From Squalus acanthias (Eukaryota), in assembly GCA_030390025.1 (NCBI GenBank), contig CM059431.1:135224001-135288000 (forward strand): DNA of 64,000 bases, given 5' to 3'. The position numbers and the translations under genes are program-made. Below the pieces are notes generated by a model. The model made no database searches. It was not told the origin of the DNA and saw only the letters and a list, made by a program, of their open reading frames with translations. Shown in pieces: positions 1 to 11,035 of this stretch. Numbering within the stretch: position 1 is the first letter of the stretch; each line of letters opens with the position of its first letter.

Positions 1-263
1 TTTTTAAAACTCTTATGCTGGTAAAAGCAGGCGTAAGAATTTCACAGGCATTCAGCGGGTAGAAGTTGGGCAAATAGCGCAACTCTCCACCCGCAGAGGC
101 CCATCTCCCAGGGATGCGGAGGATCTGTCAAAAAGATTCTTGACAGATTGCAAGTTCCGGGTTTTAGCACATGCGCTTTGCATACCTAAACCCGGAACTT
201 GTGTGGTCCCTACGGGCACGTACACACCTCGTACGTACCCGTAGGGGGTCGCAAAATATGGCC
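1..263. mobile_element. End of a non-autonomous Harbinger-like MITE (family B), cut by the window edge
   Basis: Similar to 19850-20132 and to the reverse complement of 9218-9490. Has the subterminal hairpin CCCTACGGG..CCCGTAGGG and ends in AAAATATGGCC. Confidence 0.75.
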
Positions 264-1091
264 AATTATTTTTGTTTAAGGAACAGTGCTCACAGCACAA
301 ATGTGTAGAACAATATTTCAAGAAACCCAATTTTCCTGGCTTCTTACCAGTGTTTTCACGAGTATAATGAGACCATGGTTCTTTTTGTCCCCATAATTCA
401 CCAATGTAACTTGTATTTCGCAACAAGTGTATAAACATCAAGATAAAGGCAATTTATTTTGTTATGGAAGTGAAGATTTAAGGGAAAACAGGGAAATACT
501 ACTGCAGTCTGCTAGTTGATTGTACCCCTGAGTGCAGTGTGCAAAAGGAACTGGAAATTGTTTCTGATGCATCATTAATCTTGGAAGTTTTGGAAACTGT
601 GTTGGGATCTGCCAGCCTATCACTTTAATCTCTCCAAAGGTCAATAATGGAATGCTACCTGTAAATTAGTCTCTGGGAAACTGCACATAGTGGGGCAATG
701 ATACTGTACATGCGTTATCCATTGTACTGCTGTGTGAACTGACGCTTCTCATTTTAAAATTGCAACTGAAACAGAAGTGCAAAAATGCAGCACAAAGAAC
801 ACTGGCTTTGTTTTCCAGAACCCAGTCTGTGAATTTTATTAATTTGACAGACTTGTAGCCCATAGGGACCCACTAACCTTTATCTCCTAGCTGGTACAGA
901 AAATGGGTTACATACAAGCATTCATAACAATTTCATTAGATTTTGCCTATTTGCATAATGTTTATGCACATTATTGACATATAAATTCAGATACTGGTGC
1001 AGTAGAGGTCCAGCTGTTGAATCTGTAAAAGTGGTATTGTGTGGGGACCAGTCATACTTACTCTAAGCATCCAGTACTCACTAAATGGAAT

Positions 1092-1184
1092 CACACTATT
1101 GTGGTAGTGCCCTCACCCCATGCACACTATTGTGGTAGTCCCCTCACCCCATGCACACTATTGTGGTAGTCCCCTCACCCCATG
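1092..1184. repeat. Minisatellite, 3 x 31 bp (CACACTATTGTGGTAGTCCCCTCACCCCATG)
   Basis: Units start at 1092, 1123 and 1154; one substitution in unit 1. Confidence 0.95.
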
Positions 1185-1699
1185 CACTACCCAAATTCAG
1201 GTGCCAATATATATTTGGCGCCCAGGGGACGAAGTTGTGAGACTTTGGATCTGTGGAGATGGACTAAGCAATTCTCACCTCCGAATAGGAAACGGAGTTA
1301 TGTGAAGGCATGAAGTGGGTAAAGAAAAGTTCAGAAGCCGCCGAGGGAAAGAACTGGTAAAATAGAAGTAAAATAAAAACAGATTGTGGTGACTGGAAGC
1401 CACTGTCAATTTATTTTCTTCTAATTGACAAAAGCTAATTTGACAGTCAGATGTTCTCAATCAGAAGAAAATCGGATGGTAGTAGAAGAGGTGGCAGGAG
1501 TTTCTAAAAGAGATCAATAAATGTTTGGTTCTGTCCCAGTCACATTAGTACAAGATTCAGCAATGGTACTTTACCAATTACTCTAGTGCTTAATTACATT
1601 TGGGGGTAAGAGTGGAGTTGGTCACTGATGCTGCTGATGCAAGGCAAAGTGGCATAGCGACCTGGAGAGAATGCAAAGTCGACAACTGACCTTTTAGTG

Positions 1700-1911
1700 C
1701 AGGGGTAGGCAATTATTTGGGCTGGAGGGCCACTTAACAAGTTTTGGTGAGCTGTTGAGGGCCGCACACCAATGTTCCCCCTAAGGTGCATGGCCGCGTG
1801 GGCACGCACCAATCGTGAGGTCCCGCGCAGACTGCTCACCAGCTCCTGTCACTGGAAGAGATATCACGCAGCAAATTTATGAGAATACGGGCCGTATTTT
1901 GCCCACCACTG
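1700..1911. mobile_element. hAT-type MITE
   Basis: Imperfect TIRs CAGGGGTAGGCAA / TTGCCCACCACTG. 8-bp TSD TTTTAGTG (1692-1699) vs GTTTAGTG (1912-1919). Confidence 0.75.
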
Positions 1912-2188
1912 GTTTAGTGCCTTGTTACAGAAGTAGTTGATGTGAGGGTAACAGGACACTGTATTTAATTTTTCTTCATACTGGCTTTATAATTTGTCCA
2001 ATCGAAAGAAGTAACACGTGAACAATATAAAATGTAGTCATTTAATTAAATTGTTTGATCATTTTGAACCAATTCCTGTTTCTAAATATCAATACAGTTG
2101 TAAGAGTTTAATATTGGTAAGAGTACATGTTCTCATACTGATGAAGGAAAAAAATAGCTTTTTGAACAACTACCTTCATAAAGAGGTA

Positions 2189-2208
2189 TGTGTGTGTGTG
2201 TGTGTGTG
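2189..2208. repeat. (TG)n microsatellite
   Basis: Direct run of TG dinucleotides. Confidence 0.9.
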
Positions 2209-2429
2209 ATTGAACCAGCCTATATGGAGTAAAGCTGTGATAGCAATCATATCTGTATGAGCCTTTGCACGTCTAAACTACAGAACCAGTTACTGAAGGG
2301 TGCCTTTGGCATTGCAGGTTACTCCCAGTTTGTGTCTGCAGGCAGAGTCCTGGTGTGCTTTCAGTACATCAAATGACAATATTCTGTCATTAGATTATCA
2401 GACTGAAGACCTTATATAACCACCTTGCT

Positions 2430-2965
2430 CCATACATGCGCAAACACACAATTTGACACACGTGCAAACACACACATACATGCGCAAACACACAATTTGA
2501 CACACGTGCAAACACACACATACATGTGCAAACACACAATTTGACACACGTGCAAACACACATTTGCACACAAACACACACATGCAAACACACTTGCAAA
2601 TACACACACACGTGCAAACTCACGCACAATGAACAAACATGCATGCGCAAACACACAATTTAACACATATGTAAACATACACGCACAAACACACACGCAC
2701 GTGCAAACACACACGCACAAGCAACAAACATGCACGAAACAAACATGCATGCGTAAACACACGCGCAAACACACACAAGCAACAAACATACACAATCAAC
2801 AAACATGCACAAACACACACACAAACATGCATGCACAAATACACATGTGAAAACACGTGCACATACAAACACACACAAGCAACAAACACATGCACAAACA
2901 CATGTACAAACACACACACGCAAAAACATATGCGCACAAATGCACAAACACATGCGTAAACACTC
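2430..2965. repeat. Degenerate CA-rich low-complexity tandem repeat
   Basis: CA/ACAC/GCAAAC units. A ~44-bp higher-order unit containing ACACACAATTTGACACACGTGCAA occurs three times at 2430-2565. Confidence 0.9.
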
Positions 2966-3284
2966 CTTTACTGCAGTAGTTGTTCAAAAAAGCATTTTTC
3001 CTCCATCAGTAGTATGACAACTTGTACTTTTACCATGAATATAAAACGTCATGCCAAAATTATAATAAGTTCAGATCAGGTCTTGCAACATTTACATTGC
3101 CTCATAATTCATGTCTGGGGTGGGGGATATTAAATCATAGACACATCCCAGAAAAAAGGAAGGCTTACAAATACTGCTCTTTAGATTTGGCATTAAATCA
3201 ACTCCCAAAGGAGGACATTTTCATATTAATGGTAAAGAATTACCTCTACAGTTTACATTCTCCCTCTATTGATGATCAGCAACA

Positions 3285-3860
3285 GTGTCTCACCTCCTGA
3301 CTCCCCAGAGCCTTTCCACCATCTACAAGGCACAAGTAAGGAGTGTGATGGAATACTCTTCACTTGCCTGGATGAGTGCAGCTCCAACAACACTCAAGAA
3401 GCTTGACACCATCCAGGACAAAGCAGCCTGCTTGATTGGCACCCCATCCACCACCTTAAACATTCACTCCCTCAACCACCGGCACACCGTGGCTGCAGTG
3501 TGTACCATCTACAAGATGCACTGCAGCAACTCGCCAAGGCTTCTTCGACAGCACCTCCCAAACCCGTGACCTCTTCCACCTAGAAGGACAAGGGCAGCAG
3601 GCACATGGGAACACCATCACCTCCAAGTTCCCCTCCAAGTCACACAATATCTTGAATTGGAAATACATTGCCGTTCCTTCATCATCATTGGGGCAAAATC
3701 CTGGAACTCCCTCCCTAACAGCACTAGTAACAGGGAGTACCTTCACCACGCAGACTGCAATGGTTCAAGAAGGCTGTTCACCACCACCTTCTCAAGGGCA
3801 ATTAGGGATAGGCAATAAATGTTGGCCTTGCCAGCGACGCCCACATCCCAGGAGCAAATT
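3285..3860 (+). mobile_element. 3' fragment of a CR1-group (Zenon-like) non-LTR retrotransposon
   Basis: LTPQSLSTIYKAQVRSVMEYS peptide (post-RT C-terminal region). Same family as 33875-35090. Confidence 0.8.
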
Positions 3861-4387
3861 TTAAAAAAGAAGTTGAGAACAAGGTCAGTAAGATGAGTTT
3901 TAAGGTTTTGTACTGTTCCTTTGCTAGTTTTCAAAAAAATAAAGGTGCTGAACAATACAACACGATAGCATTGTCACTGAGTGTTAACGTAATTTGTTTG
4001 GCTTGTTTGGGCCCATTTGTAATCTATTCAGTATCATTTCAATGAACTTGTATGATTCATTTGGATTCTTCACAGTTATGTCAGTATGAATGAGGGATAT
4101 TTGTGCATTGTTTTTAATACAGATTGTAAATGCACATTAATTGGAGATAAACTCAAAAACTGCTGAAAAACAGGAAAGATTTACTGCTTAAAAAATTCAG
4201 TGTTACTGAGAAGCTATACTCTTGCATTGTGGATCTGTACAGATTGAATTCAATTTGCTGAGATTTGTAGGTCTTGAATCATTTTTGATCCAATTAGTCA
4301 AACTTTCGAGTTAAACAGTCATCACTTACGAATATTGCTGATGCAACCGGGTTCGACTTATTCCAAATGCTTCTTAGAATATAACAT

Positions 4388-4790
4388 AAGGAAAATACAG
4401 TGGCTGCTGGAAATCTGAAATAAAAATGGAAAATGTTGGAAACACTCAACAGGTCAGGCAGCATCTGTGGAGAGAGAAACAGAGTTAACATTTCAGGTTG
4501 ATGACCTTTCATCAGAACTGGAAGATGTTAGAGAAGAGCAACTTTTATGCAAGTACAGAACCAGTGAAGGGTGGGAGGGGTGTGGGGGTTCGGTGGTGTG
4601 GGGTGGTGGTGAGGGGGTGGGGGGGGCAGGGAAAGAACAAAAGGCAAAAGGCCTCTGATAAGGTGGATGGCAGGAGTGATTAAATGACAAAAGGGATGAT
4701 GATACAAGGCAAAAGGGGGTGATAATTGGGTCAGTATAGAAACAAAAGATGGGTCAAGAGGAGGTGTAACTGGTTACAGCAGAGTTCCGA
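4388..4790 (-). mobile_element. Penelope-like element 3' end (pLTR) fragment with a degenerate minimal hammerhead
   Basis: Homologous to the 28416-28648 element. The minus strand of ~4484-4517 reads GTT-CTGATGA-AAGGTCATCAACCT-GAAATGTT-AAC. Confidence 0.7.
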
Positions 4791-7235
4791 AGGTTGTGTT
4801 GCCTGCCCAGTGCCAGGGTTAAGGATATCTCGTCACAGCTGGAGAAGAACTTGGAGTGGGAGGGGGAGGATCCAGTGGTCGTGGTCCACGTAGGAACCAA
4901 TGACATAGGTAGAACTAGGAATGAGGTTCTGCTGAGGGAGTTTCAGCAGTTAGGGTCCAAATTAAAATGCAGAATCTCTGGATTGTTACCTAAGCCATGT
5001 GCAAATTGGCATAGGGACAGACAGATCAGAGAGTTAAATGCATGGCTCAAAGTGTGGTGTGGGAGGAAGGCGTTTCGATTCATGGGACACTGACATCAGT
5101 ACTTGGGAAAGAGGGAGCTGTTCCATTGGGATGGGCCCCACTTAAACTGGGCTGGGACCAGTGTCCTGGCGAACCGAACAACTAGGGCGGTAGATAGGGA
5201 TTTAAACTAATGAAGGGGGGTGGGTGGGAGGATTCAGGAAAGGGTAATTTCAAAAGCAGTAAGAGAAATGTCAAGGCTGCAGAGCAGTGCAGTGATCTGA
5301 GTAAAGATAAGCAGAATGTGTCAGGAAGGGTCAGAGAGATTAATGAAGGTAATAAGGCACCAGTGACTAAATTGGCTTCAGGGAAAAATAGAAAAAAGTT
5401 AAAGCTAAAGGTACTATATCTGAATGCGTGAAGCATTTGCAAAAAAATAGATGAATTAATAGCACAGATAGAAATAAATGGGTTTGATTTAATAGCCATT
5501 ACAGAGACATGGTTGCAGAGTGACCAAGGTTGTGAACTAAATATTCCAGGATATTTCAGGATATTTGACTTTTAGAAGAGACAGGTAGAATGGAAAATGA
5601 GGGGGAGGGGGTAGTCCTGATAATAAAGGAAGGGATAAAGAGAGTAGAGAGAAATTATTTTGGCTCAGAAAAACAAAATGTAGAATCAGTTTGGGTGGAG
5701 CTAAGACACAACAAGGGACAGAAAACACTAGTGGGAGTGATCTATAGGCCCCCGAACAGTGGTTGTAGTGTCGGGCAGAGTATAAATCAGGAAATTAGAG
5801 ATGCATGTAACAGGGAAAATACAATAATCATGGGGGACTTTAACTTTCATACAGACTGGGCAAACCAAATTTGCAGGAAGAGTTCATGGAATGCATTCAA
5901 GATAGTTTTCTAGATCAGTATGCCGAAGAACCTACTAGGAAACTGGCTATTTTAAATCTAGTATTGTGCAATAAGACAGGGTTAATTAATAACCTTGTAG
6001 TAAAGGAGCCTCTAGGGAGCAGTGATCCAAATATGATAGAATTTTATGTTGTGTTTGAGAGTGATTTAGTTAAGTCTGAAACTAGGGTCCTAAATCTGAA
6101 CAAAGCAAACTACGAAGGTATGAGAGGCGAGTTGGCTAAGGTAGGTTGGAAAACTAGATTAAAAGATATGACAGTAGAAAAGGAATGGCAAACATTTAAA
6201 GAAACAATTTATAATTCGCAATGAATATACATTCTCTTAAGGAATAAAGAGGGCAAAATTGGTTCGCGCCCCCTTGGGGCGCGAATTTCGCTACTTTTAG
6301 CACCCCGAAAAAGTTAGCAGCCCCACGCCCAAAAGTTAGCGTCCCGGCTCCCTCTTGGGGTGCTACGAGTGAATATCGCGGTGCTACGTGTGGCGCTGCG
6401 GCAAATTGTGCCGTGGTACTGCAGGCCTTCCTCCCCTTATTAAAGTGGAGGGGCCTAGTGCAGCGCGACCCAGGGCCCAGCTGGGCCACCAGGGATCAGA
6501 GTGCCGGCAAAAGAGCCCGGCACTCAAGAGAAGTGCCGGGTTCACAGAGCGCAGCCAGCACCCGACGGGGGTGCTGAAGAGGAGGCCGGGGACAGCAACG
6601 GGGGCAGGTGCTGGCAGGCGGCCAGCAAAAAAAGGGCTGCCCGGCACCTCCCCTGTAATTTGCGCCGCCCTGGCCACAGGTAGACCCCCTGACCCTGTCG
6701 GACATAGCATCCGACGGTAAGTCAGGGGGCGCTACCGAAGATCGCGGCCGGGGCGTGTGTGAGGCGCTGCGCACGGCGATGACATCATCGCTGGAGGTGT
6801 AGCACTCGGGGCGCTAATGGTTACCGCCACCGCTAACCTCCCGCTGAATTTTGGGCGCTAACGGGAGGCGCAAATTAAACACATTTTCCCCAAAAAAACT
6901 CCACGAGAAAAATGGTCCACCCGTGGCTAACAAGAGAAATTAAAGATAGTATTAGATTAAAGGAAGAGGCCTATAATGTTGCCAATAAGAGTAGTAAGCC
7001 TGAGGATTGAGACGATTTCAGAATTTAACGAAGGAGGACCAAGAAATTGATAAAGAAACGGAAAATAGAATATGAGAGTAAACTAGCGAGAGACATAAAA
7101 ACAGACTGTAAAAGCTTCAATAGGTATGTAAAAAGGAAAAGATTAATAAAATTAAACATTGGTCCCTTACAGGCTGAGACATGAGAAATTATAATGGGGA
7201 ATAAGGAAATGGCTGAGAAATTAAACAAATACTTT
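4790..7235 (+). mobile_element. Degenerate CR1 LINE (ORF1 esterase end, ORF2 APE endonuclease), interrupted by a MITE
   Basis: Motifs VVVHVGTND, LYLNA, ITETWL, VIYRPPNS and MGDFN; frameshifted. Ends where a Harbinger-derived element starts at 7236. Confidence 0.9.
6249..6891 (+). mobile_element. GC-rich Harbinger-like MITE, family A (older copy)
   Basis: Homologous to 8408-9179. Degenerate TIRs GAGGGCAAAATT / CATTTTCCCC in AAA flanks. The host CR1 resumes on the other side. Confidence 0.85.
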
Positions 7236-8407
7236 GGGCTGAATTTTCCCTGCGGAGGCGGGATGGCGGCGGGAGAGCTGGTTGGCGGTTTTCGGTCCCA
7301 CTCCCGTTTGCAGCCGCTCTCTCAAAAAGATTTTCCATAGAGTGGCCTTGTTAAGCCCGACCTGCGGTGTTCCTGGCCAATTAACAGGAAGCGGATCTGA
7401 TGACGTAATTTGATGACGTGCCATCAGCCAGTTTTCATAAAAGGACCATGGCCACATTGATTTGGACAGTTGTGCTGTCAGTGTTCTGCAGCATTGAGGT
7501 GCTACAAACACTGACAAGCAAAAAAAAAGAAAGACTTACATTTCTGTAGCGCCTTTCACGACCACCGGACGTCTCAAAGTGCTTTACAGCCAATTAAGTA
7601 CTTTTGAAGTGTAGTCACTGTTGTAATGTAGGAAACGCGGCAGCCAATTTGCACGCAGCAAGGTCCCACAAACAGCAATGTGATCATAGAATCATAGAAT
7701 CATAGAAAGTTACAGCACGGAAGGAGGCCAATTCAGCCCATCGTGTCCGCGCCGGCCAACAAAGAGCTATCCAGCCTAATCCCACTTCCCAGCTCTTGGT
7801 CAGTAGCCCCGCAGGTTACAGCATCCCAAGTGCACATCCAAGTACTTTTTAAATGTGGTTAGGGTTTCTGCCTCTACCACCCTTTGAGGCAGTGAGTTTC
7901 AGACCCCCACAAACCTCTGGGTGAATAAATTTCCCCTCAAATCCCCTCTAAACCTTCCACCAATTACTTTTAATCGGTGCCCCCTGGCTTTTGACCCCTC
8001 TGCTAAGGGAAATAGGTCCTTTCTATCCACTTTATCTCTGCCCCTCATAATGTTATACACCTCAATAAGGTCTCCCCTCAGCCTCTTCTGTTCCAAGGAA
8101 AACAAACCCAGCCTATCCAGTCTTTCCTCATAGCTAAGATTCTCTATTCCCGGCAACATCCTTGTAAATCTCCTCTGTACCCTCTCTAGTGCAATCACAT
8201 CTTTCCTGTACTGTGGTGACCAGAACTGTACGCAGTACTCTAGCTGAGGCCTAACTAGTGTTTTATACAGTTGAAGCATAACCCCCCTGCTCTTGTATTC
8301 TATGCCACGGCTAATAAAGGCAAGCATTCCGTATGCCTTCTTAACCACCTTATCTACCTGGCCTGCTATCTTCAGGGATCTGTGGACATGCACTCCAAGG
8401 ACCCTTT

Positions 8408-9179
8408 GGGGGAAAAATTGAGTCGCGCCCCCTTTGGGGTGCTTACTTCGCCGGGGCATTACTTTTAGCGCCCCATAAAATTAGCGCCCCCGCACCGGAA
8501 ATTGAGTGGTTGCGCCCCAAGAGGGAAGCGGGGCGCGACTGGAAATGCCCCGCATCCTCTTGGGGCGCGGCAAGTCAATATCGTGGCGTTACGTGCTGCA
8601 GCGCCAACTGCTGCGGCACGTCGCACCGCGGTATTGCAGGCCTTCCTCCCCTTCTTAAAGGGGAGGGGCCTTGCGCAGCGTGAACCGGGGCCCAGCTAGG
8701 CCCCCGGGGATCAGGAGCGCCGGCGAAAGAGCCTGGCACTCAAGAGAAGTGCCGGGCTCTTGGAGTGCAGCCGGCACTTCGTGGGGGGGGGGCTTCACGG
8801 GGACCGGGGACAGCAACAGGGGCAGGTGCTGGCAGGCGGCTATCAACAAAAATGGCCGCCCGCCACCTCCCCTTTAACTAGCGCTGCCCCGGCCGCAGGT
8901 AGTCCCCCTGACCCCGTCGGACATAGCATCCGGCGGTAAGTCAAGGGGTGCTACCGAAGATCGCAGCCGGAGTGCGAGCGGGGCGCTACGCACGGCGATG
9001 AGGTCATCGCCGGCGGCGCAGCGCCACAGGGCGCTACCGGTTAGCGCCGCCGCTAACCTCCCGCTGAATTTCGTGGGAGGCATGGGCGACGCCGCACCCA
9101 GGCACTAGTTGCTTTGCGCCCCATTAGCGCCCTCTTAAGGCGCTAACGGGAGGCGCAAACCAACTGAATTTTTCCCCCC
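8408..9179 (+). mobile_element. GC-rich Harbinger-like MITE, family A
   Basis: TIRs GGGGGAAAAATT / AATTTTTCCCCC. 3-4 bp duplication (TTT/CTTT). Absent from the sister CR1 at ~20170. Confidence 0.9.
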
Positions 9180-9217
9180 TTTGTTCCTCTACACTACTCA
9201 GTGTCCTACCATTTATT

Positions 9218-9970
9218 GGGCCAGATATTCCGATCCCTACGGGTGGGTGCGCGCTGTGTACCCACCCGTAGGGACATCGGAAATGCCGGTTTCAGGCATG
9301 CACAGCGCATGCGCTGGAAACTGGCATTTCCGCTCCGTCAAGAATGGTCTTGACAGATCCTCCGGCTGCACTGGAGAAGGGCCTCTGTGGGCGGATAGTT
9401 CTGCTTTTTGGAGACCCTCGCCCGCAGAAAACTCATACAATTCTTGCGCCTGGTAAAAGCAGGCGTAAGGCCTGCTTTTACCAGGATAAGAGTTGAAAAA
9501 AGTTTAAAAAAAATTTCACTGATTTATCATTTAAAAATACTTTAAAAAAAGGTAAGTTTATTTTTAGCCCCGTAAAAACTAATTATTTTTTTCAAAAATT
9601 TACATTTTTGTTTAAAATACTTAATTTATTATAATTTCAAGTCATTTTAAAAATGTGATGTTTTTAAAAAAAAATTATTTAAAGTTTTATTATGTTTTGG
9701 GGGTGATCTCCATTCATATATTTGACAGGTCTTCATGTCAAATGTATGAAGGGAGATTCCCTTCTATGATTGGCTCCCCATGGCCCACGTGATCCCAGGG
9801 ATGCTGTGAACTACCTGCACCTCTGGGATATGTGGGCCCTGCGCACTGGCAGTTTGGAGAGGCCCAGCATCGGAATTGTGCGCGTCCCGGGAGCCCTCAG
9901 GTAAGGGCGCAGATTTTTCCAGATCGCAGGCCTCCGCCCGCAGGAGACCTGCGATCGGAATATCTGGGCC
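9218..9970. mobile_element. Harbinger-like MITE, family B
   Basis: TIRs GGGCCAGATATTCCGATC / GATCGGAATATCTGGGCC. ATT/AAT flanks and an AT-rich centre. Confidence 0.9.
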
Positions 9971-10211
9971 AATGTATATTCCCTTTCCTTGTTAGCCCTC
10001 CCCAAATGCATTACCTCACACTTCTCCGGATTGAATTCCATTTGCCACTGTTCTGCCCACCTGACCAATTTATTGCTATCTTCCTGCAGTCTACAGCTTC
10101 CTTCTTCAGTATCAACCACACAGCCGATTTTAGTATCATCTGCAAACTTCTTAATCATACCCCCTATATTCAAGTCAAGATCATTGATATATACCACAAA
10201 AAGCAAGGGAC

Positions 10212-11035
10212 ATAGAAACATAGAAACATAGAAAATAGGTACAGGAGTAGACCATTCGGTCCTTCGAGCCTGCACCGCCATTCAATGCGTTCATGGCTGA
10301 ACATGCTACCTCAGTACCCCATTCCTGCTTTCTCGCCATACCCCTTGATCCCCTTAGTTGTGAGTGTTATATCTAACTCCCTTTTGAATATATTTAGCGA
10401 ACTGGCCTCAACAACCTTCTGTGGAAGAGAATTCCATAGATTCACCACTCTCTGGGTGAAGAAGTTCCTCCTCAGCTCAGTCCTAAATGGCTTCCCCTTA
10501 ATCCTTAGACTGTGACCCCTGGTTCTAGTTTTCCCTACCATTGGGAACATTCTGCCCGCATCTAATTTGTCTAAACCAGTCAGGATTTTAAATGTCTCTA
10601 TAAGATCCCCCCTCATTCTTCTGAACTCCAGAGGATACAAGTTCAGTTGACCCAATCTTTCTTGATATGTCAGTCCGGCCATCCCAGGAATCAATCTAGT
10701 GAACCTTCGCTGCACTCCCTCAATAGCAAGAATGTCCTTCCTTAAGTTAGGAGACCAAAACTGCGCACAATACTCCAGGTGTGGCCTCACCAAGGCCCTG
10801 TACAACTGTAGCATCACCTCCCTACTCCTGTACTCAAATCCCCTTGCTATGAAGGCCATCATTCCGTTTGCTTTCTTGACTGCCTGCTGCACTTGCATTC
10901 CCACCTTCAGTGACTGATGTACCATGACGCCCAGGTCTCGTTGCACGTCCCCTTTCCCTAATCTGCCACCATTCAGGTAATAGTCCGCCTCTCTATTTTT
11001 ACCACCAAAGTGGATAACCTCACATTTATCCACAT
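10212..11035 (-). mobile_element. Young 5'-truncated CR1 copy (about 0.8 kb of 3' end)
   Basis: Near-identical to 50171-50994, with (TTCTATGT)n tail. Interrupts the older CR1 at GGGAC|TAGTAC. Confidence 0.95.

Noticed and set aside
1092..1184. 31-bp repeats superficially like a CRISPR array
   Set aside because: Head-to-tail units with no spacers, no cas genes and a eukaryotic context.
1216..1230. TGGCGCCCAGGGGAC resembling a tRNA-Lys primer-binding site
   Set aside because: Partial match only, with no adjacent LTR end or gag/pol sequence.
2390..3017. Many overlapping Cys/Val- or His/Thr-rich ORFs
   Set aside because: Translation artefacts of the CA/TG low-complexity repeat.
8728..8762. Hairpin with a CAAGAGA loop reminiscent of the synthetic TTCAAGAGA shRNA loop
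   Set aside because: It is part of a natural MITE present in three diverged copies, and the stem is too short; not vector contamination.
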